NCBI GenBank assembly: GCA_002633005.1
Contig: NMRA01000010.1
Location: 551,252-615,251 of the forward strand
Origin: Phoronis australis
Taxonomy: Eukaryota > Animalia > Phoronida
Direction of reading: 5' to 3'
DNA length: 64,000 nt
Both the position numbers and the translations under genes were made by a program. Shown here piece by piece: positions 46,254 to 60,200 of this stretch (its first letter is position 1; the number at the start of each line of letters is the position of its first letter). The notes below the pieces were generated by a model that worked only from the letters and a program-made list of their open reading frames with translations, was not told where the DNA came from and ran no database searches.

Positions 46254-49200
46254 CTGAAAAATAAAGACACAATATATAACTCCACCATCTGTTCGATCAA
46301 AACCTGTCGCATCAAGACATGACGCGAATGTTAACAGGATGTGAAGTTCATCTTTAACCACACAGAAGTTCTCCATCGGTGTCTTCAACCTGGTCACACA
46401 TGACGCAGAGCAAAAAGAAGACATCTGCTGCATACATCACTGTTCTCCACAACAAAAAATTTCAAACTTATCAGGTATTATAAAATTTGGGAACATGTGC
46501 AAAAGTCTGTGTCTATGCTATAGAGTTTGTAAGTTAGGTCTTACTATACATGCGTTGAATTAGCATCAAATGTCCAAAATATTCTTATTTGCTTTAGAAA
46601 TAAGCAATTTTACCAGAAGTTCAAACATTGCATAAATTTTCAAACACAACACAAGTAAGTCTAATTTGTCAAAACAAATTACGGAGAACAATTTTTAAGT
46701 TTACAGAATGCCCAGTAGGATTGCTGTCAACCTGTAGTTCCATGGTCTCCACAGATACTGTGACAGATTTGGTTCTTACAGACCCAGACAATCGAGTTTA
46801 TCAAACAAGTTCATCCTTCAAAATGCCAGTGCTCTTCATGATCTATGTTCCGATTGACAAAAGGTCAGGAACAAAGAACAGACAAAAATACTGCAAACAT
46901 CATGAGGTCAAATATTTGTTTACAATAATTCCTCAGAAATATTTAATCAGTGAAGGATTTTATTTACTAAGTCAAAAACCGTAAAAATCAGCGTTTACTG
47001 TAAACCAAAAAGACTGAAATGACAAGATTAAAAACTAAAACGTACATCTACTTGATAAAGAAAAAATGAAAATCATGTTGTTCGAAAAAGCATACTGCCC
47101 TAAGTATCTATTACCACTTGTAAATAGTATATCTTAATTTTATCTACTTTTAACCACCCTGTATTTGTAGGTATTCTTCAGTTTTAAACTAATTCATTTC
47201 TGTACTTTTATTTTTGTTTCCTACGCATTTTTATTATTTATCACGAATTATTGTCCACAGTATTCGTATGTACATAGCTTTATTGTTATTGTTTTTTCGA
47301 ACAATACAGAACTATCGCCTAATCATCCATACAGCTCTCAGGGGAGATAACGTGATGGGCGTGCCAAAGAAGACAGTCACACGAGTGGGTTGATCCACTA
47401 GGCTGCATTAACGCACGACCAAATTCAAGAACAAAACTTATTTTTGTGATAGCTTCATATACAACTACTAAAACATTTCAAGTAGCTTTAAAAGCGAGAT
47501 TAAACCCGTGCTTTCCGTCAAAAATCAAGCTTTGATTTAAGCCACCTAATATTATAAAATTGGTTTTATGTTGTTGCTTACTTAGTTTAGAAATGATGTC
47601 TGGGCTCTGGAAGAAATCAAAGCTCAATATTTCTTAAGATCAAGCTTAAAAAACTTTAGGTCACAGTATGACCCTACTGTGACCAAGAATTTTACGAGCT
47701 TGGTCTGAAGATACAATGAACCTCTAGTTCCTATGAAGCCCTGAAATCACACCCAATTTGAAAAAGGAACAATTGTAACCAACAGTAAGTGGTCTAATCA
47801 AAAGTTGGTTTTTATGATGCAAAAAATTTCATTGAATTTCTAAGAGTCAGCTGCCCATGAACAGGCACCTTCACGGTAACATGAAAGTAATTTTGAGTGA
47901 AGAAATCTCCAACAGGCCCGGCTCAGAAGGAAGAATCTAGTTCAATCAATTTGGTGCAACTATATTATTCATATTTACTGAACCCTGATGCCCCTAGATA
48001 TCACAGGTGTGCACCATAACTGGTGCACACTGTGAATGCAGGGACGTCCATAAAGACCTGCAAAGACCCACATTTATACCACATCGTACTCACGGTGGGT
48101 TTTAAACATTATACAACCAGCATACACTTGGCAACACCACCAGCTACATAACCTTGAAATGAGAGGAAATGAAAAAATAAATCAATCAGGAGGACATAGT
48201 CAAGGCCCAGTATCATCTCACCGATGAGCAGAGAAGAGAAATTTAGATTCTAAGCTTGGCAGATGCAAACATATACTTGACCCTGGCTAAGTCTTATCAA
48301 GTGAAGATCAGCATAATGTTTGGCTCATCTTTACTACTTTAAATGAGCAGTTGTAGAGGTTCGACTTTGGTTTAGTGAATTGACGCTGCTGATTCTTGCG
48401 TCACAGAAAGCAGTTGAAAGCAATGAGCAAACCAAAGAGACTTAGAAACGGAAAGCAAACGGCCACAAGAGACTTGACCGTTTATCTACACTTAATTTCT
48501 GTGGATGGACCATCTATAAAAAGTGTGTTTTATTTGATAGTAGACTGACATTGCCAGTCATTAAGTAGATTGATAGCGATCATGAAGTGAAGCCCCTGAT
48601 TAATTCATTAGCTGAACAAATCCATAGCCCTTCGATTATCTAGCTCTTATTTCATTATCCAATTTATGCAGATAATAGGCAATATGATTATTGGCTTACT
48701 TCAGTACACTAACAACAGACCAGGTCTCACCAACAACTGGGACAAAACGGATACAACAACGAGTCCGCAGCTTATTCAACCATTATCTGTCGGGTAATAT
48801 AAAATATTTAATTCAACAACCTGAGTAATTACGCCTAAGCCAGAAGTAAACAGAACCAGTAAACATACACATCGAACACAATAGACGGGCAGTAAGAGCC
48901 AATTGATCAAACACACAGATTTCCCTGGTAGAAAAATTTATGCTAACAAAAACCCTGTAATTGGATAGAATATCAATTCGTGAGAATAAGCTGCAAATCA
49001 AATACGCTCAGAACAAGCTATACCCAACAGCATTATACCAACATAAATGGAAATTATAAATTTAGGAAGCTTTCATTCAAGAATGTCAACAGTCTTTGTA
49101 AATTCCAATCACTACTTCCAGTTGAGCTGTGCACATCAATATTTCACTGTCATATGAAGAAAGCCAGGAGTTAAAACCAACAACTTTATATTGGAAACTT

Positions 49201-52200
49201 TTTTTATTAATTTTATTAATCAAGGTCATGGAAGAGATGCTTGATATTTAGGAGCCAAGGGAATTCAGGCACAAAAATAGTTTTTAAAAATAGGAAAAAG
49301 AACTAAAATAATGTAAATGGATTTTTTTTAACTTTTAACCGTGGGGTGGGGCTCTGGTTTTAAAATGAGCCAACTACAAACTACAACAAATTGTGCAATC
49401 TCCTTTGTCCTTATATCATGAATATTCACCGTTTGTTCAACAATTTGGCTTTATTTAAAAAAAACAGACCTTTGAAGGTCTCATCTACACACCCTGTGCC
49501 ACTATCAATGTAAAAAAACCTTAAACCACTTGTTCCAGTGCATTTGGTCTAAACTATTGTCTCACTCAGATCAGCAGTAATTCCTAAGCAAGGGCTCTCT
49601 CTACTCAAAACTCGACTAGAAAATTGATAGCAATGCAAGCGACTATTAAAATTTTTATTCAAATCATGTGACGCTACTGGTTAAGTTTCAAGACTAAATC
49701 GAGTCTTTGTTCGGAGATGAGATCCTGGGCTCTTAGCTTGGGAAGAACAGGTAAATTCACGTTCCTGCATTTTGTGAATTAAGGAAGTTGGACTTCGTAG
49801 ATTGTGAACTCACTTTATATGCTAAATGCAGCAGAGCTGTCAGCCCAATAGACAAATTCCCAGTGGAGCAAAAAAACAGAGTTATTAGGGGGAGCCAAGC
49901 GATACAACATAATACATTGTACCATTTGATAACTGAAGCCCAAACTGTCTCTATCTTGATCAAGTGAGATCCGTTTTAAACTAACGTTATTAACATTCAG
50001 AAGCCCTCTTAAACATGCCTCCATTAATAACAAAATGGAAGCCATTCTGTCGCGGCTCAATAAGACTTTATACAGTTTCAATCCATTTATGGAAACCCAC
50101 ATGGACATAATCACGACGATCATAAAGATCTGTGAACTCACAAATTCCGACTTGGCCAATTCATATGCAGCTAAAATGTAAATTCAGTGTAATCAACCTT
50201 AACGCCATGGGCACCCGCTCACAATCAGGTCAAAGCCCTGTGGACGCAATAACCAGAACTGATGTGAAGTTTAAGATACTTCATTATTATGTTACCTGGT
50301 TGTAACCAGAGATCATACCTGTAAAGCAAACTAGATGACAACACTTGTTCAGAGAATGTTCTGACAGTAAAACCTACATGAATGTTAAGAGTACAATAGT
50401 CTTTAGTAATGTAACTGAATAGTGGAGATGGTTGCTTCAGGATAGTAGTGATATGATTATTACACTCATCCAGATACTGGTTGCTTTATACAATAACAGG
50501 TGAAAACCCTTCTTTGCTACAATAAGTGCTGTGAGAGCTCAGGGAAGTCATAAAAAAGGGGAGGGGATGCTAATTCGGTGAAAACATAGTCTGTGAATTG
50601 CAAGTAGTGACCACCAGAGGACACACTTACTTGCAACCATGTTTTACTCCAAAAAGTAACCTGATAGTAGTGATACACAGTTATCAAACAGATCGCGACA
50701 ATGTTTCGTATTTAACCCCTTTATCCTCGCAGAGCACAAAACTGGTGTAAAAATTTATCTTAATTCAACAACAGCTAAATCGAAATCGGCTACTACCGAA
50801 ATCAGATGGACTAGTTAATAAGTAAGCATTTCCTGTGATGTTATCAATACACTGTAGGCACAAACCATGAGGTATTTAATTTTCTTGAAACATGGCATAA
50901 ATCTGATGTGCGTTCTTATTGCCAAATACGCAAAATGATATTTTGTAGATGACCAGGATTTATAGAAAGACAGCCCTATTGCTGTGAAAAGTCACATAAA
51001 TTAATATCCATTTTATATCGCCAGTTACACCAAAAGGGAGGACGTTTATATTTATAAAGTTTAAAATCTGGTTGATCGGTGCTTTAAGGACATGAATGCT
51101 TGCTAAGGAGAATAGGGCACAGTCGCCTCAGCGCACACAAATCAAGTTGAAAAATGGAATTCTTTCACTTTCCATTTGCACAGTAGTGTGACACCATTTG
51201 TTAGCCATAAGAAAATCACAATAGTGTTGTTGTAGATGTTAGCGCTGCAGACATTTCACCATCATCGTTGCCGGCATAGACATCATTGACAGCGCCCTTC
51301 CTTTTTTGACACGGGAATAATTTTTTTGAAGTGGATGATTACTTATTGTGGTAAATTCCATGCCCCTATTGAAAACCTGTCAACACTTGCGAACTTGTTG
51401 GTGAAAATATTTAACTTTTTCTTCTTTTGTAGGGTGCTAGACAACAACAATTAATTTTTCAATCTGATGAATCAAGAAGACTCCATTGTGGCAGCATTTA
51501 GGTCCTAAAGATAAAAAGCCATGGCTAGAATGTACAATTATATACTAATTCATGACAACCACTCCACCATATTGCATCCCATCAATAGAACATGTCATTT
51601 TGTCAACTACATTATCACACGTCTGACTGTGAAGTTCCAGGTTTAAAATTTGCCAATTTTCATCAATTAGTTAAAATTCGCAAACAATGAAATCCAAATC
51701 GATATGAAAGTTTCATGTTTTAACAGCATACAAAGCTGAAGTTCAATTATAACATCCTTATTGTTGCCTGACAATGTCACACCTACAGGAAATGCAGCCA
51801 GGACAAACTCATATAAGACTAATTATCAAGCAACTAAAAACAGCTAAACACACACTAGAATTGGTGCAAGACGGAGCAACCACACTCAAAGTCACCATTG
51901 TTCCAATGACTTGTACTATTGAGGTTTTTTCTAATTTCCTCAGCAGGTGCACAGTCCATAAGAAGAATAGCGAAAAGCGAAATACAATAATACAACCATC
52001 TCGGCACTCTGCTGTGTCAGACGTTATGGATATGTCTTGGTAAAAATTAATGGCTGTTCAAGAAGGAAAAACAATAATAAAATTGCCACACAGTTCCGTT
52101 GGCTTTACGCTTTGTTTGACCAAATCACCGTACGAGTCCAGGTAAATGCTCAAGGCATGTAACTTGGGAACTCAGTAATTATGAAGTAGCTATTTAAGCT

Positions 52201-52695
52201 AAGTATGGGAATTGTAATCCATGTCAGGGGGGAGAGGTACGATTTGGGTAAACACATCAGAGTCGAGTCCAAGAGTCAAATAAAACAGACCGCAGCAGAT
52301 TAGTTAATTTCTTGCCCTAATAAAGCGAGATGCGGCCAATTCTTTTGACTTTCTCAAAAGTAAGTAAGTTTCAAGAATTCTGGGAGATAGAATTTGCGTG
52401 AGGTGTGCGTCCACAAAGACACAGGCTCTTTCAAGGATGTCTCAGTCCCAAAAACTGAGGGTGGGACGTGAGGTGAGCAAGAACATTTAAGCTGAATGTG
52501 GGTGATAATCAAACGTGAGTGATAACCGAACGTGGGTGATAACCAAAAGAGTATGGTGACGGTTTTTGCTCAGGCAAGAGTGGACACGTGATACCAATGC
52601 AGGATCTTGGGTAGTTCTAAACATACACTGCACAAAAGAACTATCGAAATTGTTCTTAGCCCATTTTTCAAAGTCCCGCAACAGTAGCACAAGTA

Positions 52696-52696
52696 T

Positions 52697-52723
<27 letters not shown>
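52696..52723. repeat. (AAT)n microsatellite
   Basis: Seen directly. Confidence 0.9.
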
Positions 52724-52727
<4 letters not shown>

Positions 52728-55228
52728 CATTCAGTACAGTGCAAACAATGCTATAAAGAAATGACGTATTTTAAATTGTGTACTTTTTGAAAATTTACAC
52801 AAAATGCTGTTCTCCTTTTCTGGATTACACCGCGCTAAAAAACAAGAATTACAATGCATGAACAGATCTAGGTGTTGTTGATCTGAGACATATTATTATT
52901 CATAAGTATTACAAACATATCACAAGATTAATATCAGGCTCTTAATAGCACCCAAGACAACGAACACGTCAGGAATACACATCATCGTCCAAATAACAAG
53001 GGTCTCCATGGACCAATCGGACGAGTACTTTACTGCAAAACTTGTGTAATCATACGGCACGTTTCAAAAAAAAGCTGGTAGTGTGGGCAGTCATTCAATA
53101 GCACCATCCTGTCGTCAAACTGGTCTTCTCCGAAACCAACCCTCATCGATTACTATCACGATCAACGCATGCTTTTCAGTCTCGGTTTGGCACTATAGTC
53201 AAGTTTCATGCGTTGGTTAACACTTCATTTCCCATGTTTCAACACTGCTTGAGAATTAGAAAAAAATCTAAACAAAAATAATGGAGAGAAGAACAATGTT
53301 GCTATGATATAAACTCTCTCTCATTTAGGGCACAATATGGCAGACACTTGAAATTCTATTTTATTAATTTTTCATGAATGATATTTAGTACCAGAGTGAC
53401 GCTTTGTTAGTACCATAGCTACCGACAGAAAATATTTTGAAACACCGCGGGCATTCACAACAATTTTTGAAGCAATTTTGATAATTGGTCTTGTCCGACA
53501 CCGATGAGATTTTACCTCATTGGTGTGTTTCTGACAATTGGCAACATTCTCATTTACACCTGTACTAATACCAGCATCCATTTGCTAGCTACATATGCAG
53601 TAGGGAGTAGGTGAATTAACAGGGGATTTATGCTAATCTTGATATGGGAATATTCCATTCACAAGTTACACGGTCATATTTTATGCACTGAGAAACTACT
53701 AGAAATTATCAAGCAAACATGTCTTGTGTCATCTTTCGTACATTCAAATTCATAACGTGTTATCGTTTTGAATACATTACCGACTATCCACAATAACCTG
53801 CTTACAATTGATCTATTCCGTGTAATAATACAGTTTCCATTGAAAATGTCATGACATTGATTCCCATTGTTCTCAACTCATCAGCCTCTGGGGACATTAA
53901 CACTGCTTCGGTTTTACGCCAGTTTTCACCGATAGAATAAATTGTATGAATTCTACGGTTGAATTCTGCCAAATGCTGAAGCATTATAACCGAATCATTC
54001 TATACTGATATCAAAGTATCAAGAAAATGTTAGACGCCATTGAATAGAGTTTGAATAACCATTTTTTTCTGAGAAAACAAGAAATTTACTCTTGCACAGC
54101 TAACCACGGAAAACTTTTCGACAACCTAATAGAACTTATCATGGAAATTTTATGAGTGTGCCAAAGCAAATATTTGGTGTTTACTTATGTCTAACCAAAC
54201 AAACAATACCAGAAGGGCAGTGGAGATTTGAAACTTGCAAAGCAAAACTCAGGAGATTCCACCACACCACAAAATAGTGTTGCGTAACCTAATAGGGCTG
54301 TCCATAGGATAAAATCGACCTTTAAAAACTGTAATTTGATTCCAGACAACAAAAAACTCACTGCAACCACCTTTCAAGAGCAGTATACTAACATTTGAAA
54401 AACTATGAATTATTAAGGGCCTTAAGCGTATATCGTCTGTCAGGAATTGATACATTTTTCATGAGAGCCCATCGCCCTTAATGTCCCTCGGGCACGCTAC
54501 AGTGTAACACAGGATTATATGGCTGAATTCATGATTCACTCACGACCACGGCTGTAGTAAAACTACGTGCCTAAATTTGTGTTGAATCATTCAGAACATC
54601 ACTTCAAACTTTCAATTGTAAATGTGTGCGAGTTGTCCATAACATGAACAAGAGATAAGACACATATACAGGCATGAGAGTCTGAAATGTTCACGGTAGA
54701 CAAACAGGCATGAGATCATATGCAAACAGTCAGCCAATAAGCCCATCCTGGGTTGAACTCTCCTGTTTGCGGAGGTAGAAAGATGTATTGCATGACTAAC
54801 CTACTATTCAAAATGTCATGTCCTCTTCAGTTAAAGATAGAGAGCGCAGCTAACATTGATATTTGTCCTTTTGCCAATGTCAAAACAACAACTCAAAATG
54901 CAATAATACAAGTTTACTGAAATCACAATGATGAATTTCATAATAATTAAGACAGTTATTTTTTTAGCACGGGAGAGGCTGGCAGACACCCAAAACTGAA
55001 CAAGCATCACTAGTACACATGATGAACCACTAAAGATTGTAAACTACAAGCCCGACAGGTCAAGCAGAATAACTTGTTCATCATAGCCGGATGTAAAGCA
55101 CTGGAGCACAGGTACTATCCTTCTAAACAAGAGCGGAAACATTGACCACAATCCTACCATGATTGTTCTGTTGTTCCCAGGTGTCACCAACAGAAGAATT
55201 AAGGAACCTTCTGATTAACTAACTCCGG

Positions 55229-55401
55229 TATTCACGCTGACGCCATTTTAAAAGTGAGCCTCTTTTTAGGTTTTAAAAACGATGCATTTTGCACGTTAAT
55301 ACAGCGCAGAGTGATTTTTTCACGTGCCTCGTTATATTCATATCTAAAATGCTTCGTTTTCTAAAAAGAGGCTCACTACTAAAATGGCAACTGCGTGAAT
55401 A
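55229..55401. mobile_element. MITE with long terminal inverted repeats
   Basis: TATTCACGC...GCCATTTTA..AGTGAGCCTCTTTTTAG pairs with CTAAAAAGAGGCTCACT..TAAAATGGC...GCGTGAATA. Confidence 0.75.
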
Positions 55402-56849
55402 AGGTCTATAAGTGTAGCGTCGATGCAAACTGCGAAGTTAGTTGAAAAGTTCATACTAGCTTCGGTAGTTTACAACATCGAAGTAAATGGTAGGTGGGGC
55501 TGTCGTCATTGAAGTAATCACATGGCAGCGCTAGTACATAAGGTGATGTTCGAGGTAGACTGATAAACGGCGGGTTTTTCCTCCAGTGCAGGGCAAGATG
55601 TTTGTAATTATATAGGGTCAATTCCAACAAGAAACAATTTGCTCACTAACAAAATGTGGTCATAGCTATACTAGAACTAAATATTTAATTGACAAGTACA
55701 TTGTAAAAGGAAACACGATACACGTGCATGTCTCAAGTTTTCTCTGGGGTGTGAACAACATTTGTTACCGTTTTAGTGTCAGATTTTAATAATGAACGAA
55801 GTTTCGTTCTTGGAATAGTTATTTCATAGCGACAGGTCAACGCATCAATCAAGACACAAGTACGTGTCCTTAATAGATACACAAAATCCAACTCTATATA
55901 AAGGTTCTGGCAGTTGCGGACAGAGGATATTTGATGAAATTTTGCTTAAACAGTGAGTATTCCAAATAGTCAAGAAATAACCTCACTATTCATTCTCATC
56001 AATTTGTATGGTCTGCCTTAGACTTTACTTTAAAACCCTCCTTCCTGCGTTTTCATGAGATAAGAACACAGAACTAGTTTCACCACTTGCAAATATCAAT
56101 AAAATTGCTAGAACGTTTTATTAATTATACACTTGCATGTATTTGTCTCATTTCATTCCATATAGGCTAAGAGTGAAATTCAATGCCATTTAGCTATGGA
56201 AACCAAAACGGAAAAATTACAAAACACTTCTTCCACACTTCAAAACTGAAATAAAATCCAAAACAATTTTCATTGATAAAATAAATTCACTAGGATTTCT
56301 TTTTTCCATTCCAGAAATTGCTCCATGAACAAAAATAACAAATACCACGTATACAAAGAAACTGTGGTGCAAAAAATAACACCCCATAAAAAATTTAACA
56401 ACTCAGCACAGAACTAAAAAAGATGTTGCAGAAATGAACTTCACATCACAGGAAAACGTAACCACTTGGGAGCACGTGACCACGAGAAGGTTCAGCCAGA
56501 TGGCGAACGAACGTTCCAGTGGCGATCCGATAGATCTAGTGTCTAAAATACACAATCATCTACATTTTAACAGAATGCGCAGAGACGTTTGTATTTGCTG
56601 GTGAAACCAGTCGTCCAACACTTAAAGCTCTTGCGCAAATGGTACCAACGTCATTGTGTTGAGGAGTGACGTCTGCTCATGGATGGTCGTGTGCTCCGCG
56701 CAATTTTTGGTGGTGCATGATGCGGCCCTGGCATGGTGCAAAATACCTCCTGATGAGTTATTTATGTACGTATGAGTATAAAAAGTCCTGATGCAACTCA
56801 ACTGAAGTGACTGTGAACAGTTTTACAATGGAATGAGGAACAGGATTCT

Positions 56850-57210
56850 TAGCATCTGAGTCAAAGAACACTGTAAAAACACACAAAGTTCCTTTCTCAA
56901 TCATTCCTTGACAACTGGTCACACTATAGATTGCTCTGGTGTTCAGATCCTAGAAAAGGATAACGCCACCCTGAGGCTCCTCATAAAGGAAGCCATGCAT
57001 ATACGGTTGAATCATGCTGAGCCTCAATACCTCAATAGAAAAATTGGTTCATCTGAGCTCCAACTGTTTTGATTTCAGGTCTCTCCCCCTCCCAATGCAT
57101 TTTGACGTGTACCTGTACAGTCTCTTCTCTACCTGTGTCGCCTGTTTTGAGTCTGTGAAGTGTTTCCTTGAGAATGGTTTAGAGTAATAAACCGAAACGT
57201 TGGATAGATA
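56850..57210 (+). mobile_element. Penelope-like retroelement 3' remnant (GIY-YIG C-terminus plus pseudo-LTR)
   Basis: VKEHCKNTQSSFLNHSLTTGHTIDCSGVQILEKD...LLIKEAMHI...YLNRKIGS, followed by a hammerhead-like motif. Confidence 0.8.
57166..57205 (+). ncRNA. Degenerate minimal hammerhead-ribozyme-like motif of a Penelope pseudo-LTR
   Basis: CCTTGAGAAT-GGTTTA-gagtaa-TAAACC-GAAAC-GTTGG: variant core box, perfect 6-bp stem II, GAAAC box. Confidence 0.55.
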
Positions 57211-60200
57211 TGTCGTTATTTACTTACGCGCTAATTTTAAAGTTCGTGCTAGTCTAGTGTTAAACCAAAACGAAATGGAAATGGTCCCTTTAATCGTTCC
57301 CATTACACAAAGTTTCATTTTTATGAAGTTTAAGCCAATTTGTAGACAACTAAATTCTCCAAAACTCTTTTTATTTTTCTGCACTGTTATCAGGAAAACA
57401 GTAGCATTAGTGTAGAGCTCAAGTCAATACATTGGCTACATGCGTATGTAATATTTACAAACTCCTGCACATCACCGAGATGAACATAATGCTGAAACAA
57501 TCCAAACACTTTGGATTGCAGACTGAAGGGTTTGCCTAATTAATTCCAGGCGCAGAAGTGGTTTAGCAGACAAGAGTAAATAAGACAGGCATAAGGATTT
57601 CCATTGTTGAATCCTTCACTTGTCCAATTTTTATTTGGACAGTTCAACAATCAGTGATGTCAGTTCCTGTCTGAAAGGTCAAAAATATAACATCCGAAGA
57701 AGATAGGATATTGGGTTGGTTTATCTGACTTATCTTTCACTCCTGAAACTATCGTATGATACAGAATTGTTATAAAGTTACATACGACACTATCAAGTCT
57801 GTTGCATTCAGGCAAATACCTACAAAACTGTCGAATATAAATCATGAAGTTACATATTTCCTGAAAGCAGAAAGCCTGGAGAATTCCATTGTTGACATTA
57901 TACCAATCTGCCCTTGATTGGGTCACATATCACAGTGTTTCTTTAAAACAAAATTTAGCTAAAAAGAAAGGTACAATCATAGCATAGCCATGGAATCGAT
58001 AGTTATGATTTCACTTTCATTTCATGTAACTTCACAGTTTTTCCATAAATATAAAATTCTTATTGATAGTCATCATGAAAAAGTGGATCCATTTAAAAAA
58101 AATTCTCAACAGCAATTCCTAGAACATAAGGCACAATATCTGAAAGTTTCATCTTCTAGACAAGATGTTGCGAAGTTAGCCAAAGGTGGACATTTTTACA
58201 GACTCCAAGGAAACCATTACCAGACGTTACAAAAAGACTCATATCTAAGGACACCGAGAAACACGCAGCCTCACGTTATTTACTTGGAGCAGAAATAAGC
58301 ATACCATTGGTAAAATTGAGTCAACAAATCACCGATATTTCTTCCAACTCCTGTGCTATTCAACAGAACTGTTATTTTAACTAGCTTCTCAAAAAGCATT
58401 GTTTGGTCTGCAGAGAGAAAGAATCATAAACCCACATAGTTAGGCTGGCTTTAGGCACGGGGCATTAGTCAAGGACATAGGCTTCAGTTGTTGACATTGC
58501 GCCCCTTTTTGCAAGAAACTCCTCCAAGCCGGCATTATGGGCACATATCGTGACTCATGGCTTTGAAGCTTGGAAAACTGATGCTGCGGACAGAAATGTG
58601 AAAAAACGGCTCGGAAGTGCAGGAAATTGCAATTATCTCCAGTTCAGAAATGAATGAAACCAAAACTTTTGCCCCACAATGATAACAGAATTGGTTTCAA
58701 GTACAGGACTTGAGGATAGAGGCAATCAAACAAAGGCAATCAGAAAGCAAGGGGGTGGGGTTATCAACGACATAGCCATTTTACGACCAGCGGACACAAA
58801 ATAACATTTTCGTTTAGCACGGCACTTATGAAGAAAAACTATTTCAATACAACGAGTGAGTGTCCCTCCATTGTATGGCAGTTCATGTTGAATTGTTAAA
58901 AATTGGTGAGGCCGTGTCAGTGAACTATCGAACAGCCACAGTGTAGGTTATGTAAGCAAGAGCAATGAAAGAAAATAATTATACAGAAAAGGTAGCCAGG
59001 ATGGATAGGACTGAATGGTCAGCCAGGATGGATAGGACTGAATGTTCAGACAGATCCAGTCTTGCACATAAGTGACTGTCAAATGGCATTTAGTGCATAC
59101 CATTTTTATGGACAATAAAGATAAACGGGCAGGGGTGATCTCCTTAGGAGTCCTGTTAAGCCTTTCATCAGCAATATGTAACTTGTAGTGTAGGCTTAGG
59201 GACTGCCAGCCATTCATGAGGTAGCATTGCTCTGTCTGGAGGCAGGCACACCTTGGTGTAGTTACTGTCAGTCACATGCCTGATACAGTGGTGTCTCTAT
59301 AGGTATCACCACCAATGCATGCAGAAACTGTACTTAACCAATAATCAATGTCATACAAAACTTTGTCACAAGGAGTCCCAATCTGCATTGTACATGAGGC
59401 AGCCATGACAAGGCCAAAACAACAACATGGCCAAAACAACAACACTCGACCAATTATACCCAGTTAAGCACGCTCACTATTTGCACATCGATCGAGCGTT
59501 TACTTAATGATTTTTATCCTTGACTTTCAACCATTCCCCCAATATGTGCAACTCCAAACCATACCCTCGAAAGTCCAAATCGATGGGAAATCAAAACATC
59601 TGGGTCAGTGCATTGTGAATCAATCTATATGGTGATCAGCATGAGGGACAATGGACAAGAAGGGCTGGGGGTGAAACAATAGAACAAAGATTAACAGGTG
59701 TTCAAACTGGCCACAGTAATATTAGCTTTCTGACTCCAGCTTCATGCTGTCGTTAGACTCATAATGAATCACAAAGCTATTTGCCCTCGAGTCTTTGGAG
59801 AACACAAAGGCAAAGTGAAATTTTCACCTGATATTAAAAGAGGAATTTATAATAATTTCAAATTAATATGCAGCAGTAGACCATAGTTTGAAGAGATACT
59901 ATAGTGACCAAAGTGTAGCAGAATTGGGAAAGTAATGAAATTGTTTTATGAACGAGTGCTCCAAGAACAAACAATAGAGACACAAAATTTGATGCAATTC
60001 AAAGTGGATGTCAATGTAAATACAGGCTGGGTTGTCTACAGTCATTAGATGACCCTGATCAGCTCAATATAATGAAGCAGAAAATTGTTAACTTGTCAGA
60101 AAAAGGATTTATGAGGGTACCCGGGTCGATGTGGATACTTTCATATCAACAGTTTACGCTGGTGATGAACCTGAGCATTGCTTAGAAACGAGAAACGTTC

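Noticed and set aside
49757-50159. Hydrophobic ORFs with a phase-0 GTGAGT donor near 49813 as another TIA1 first exon
   Set aside because: The in-frame ORF starts at TTG, has a TAA 5 codons upstream, and has no ATG or convincing acceptor.
56745-56800. CTGATGAG as a hammerhead core
   Set aside because: No stem II or GAAA box follows it.
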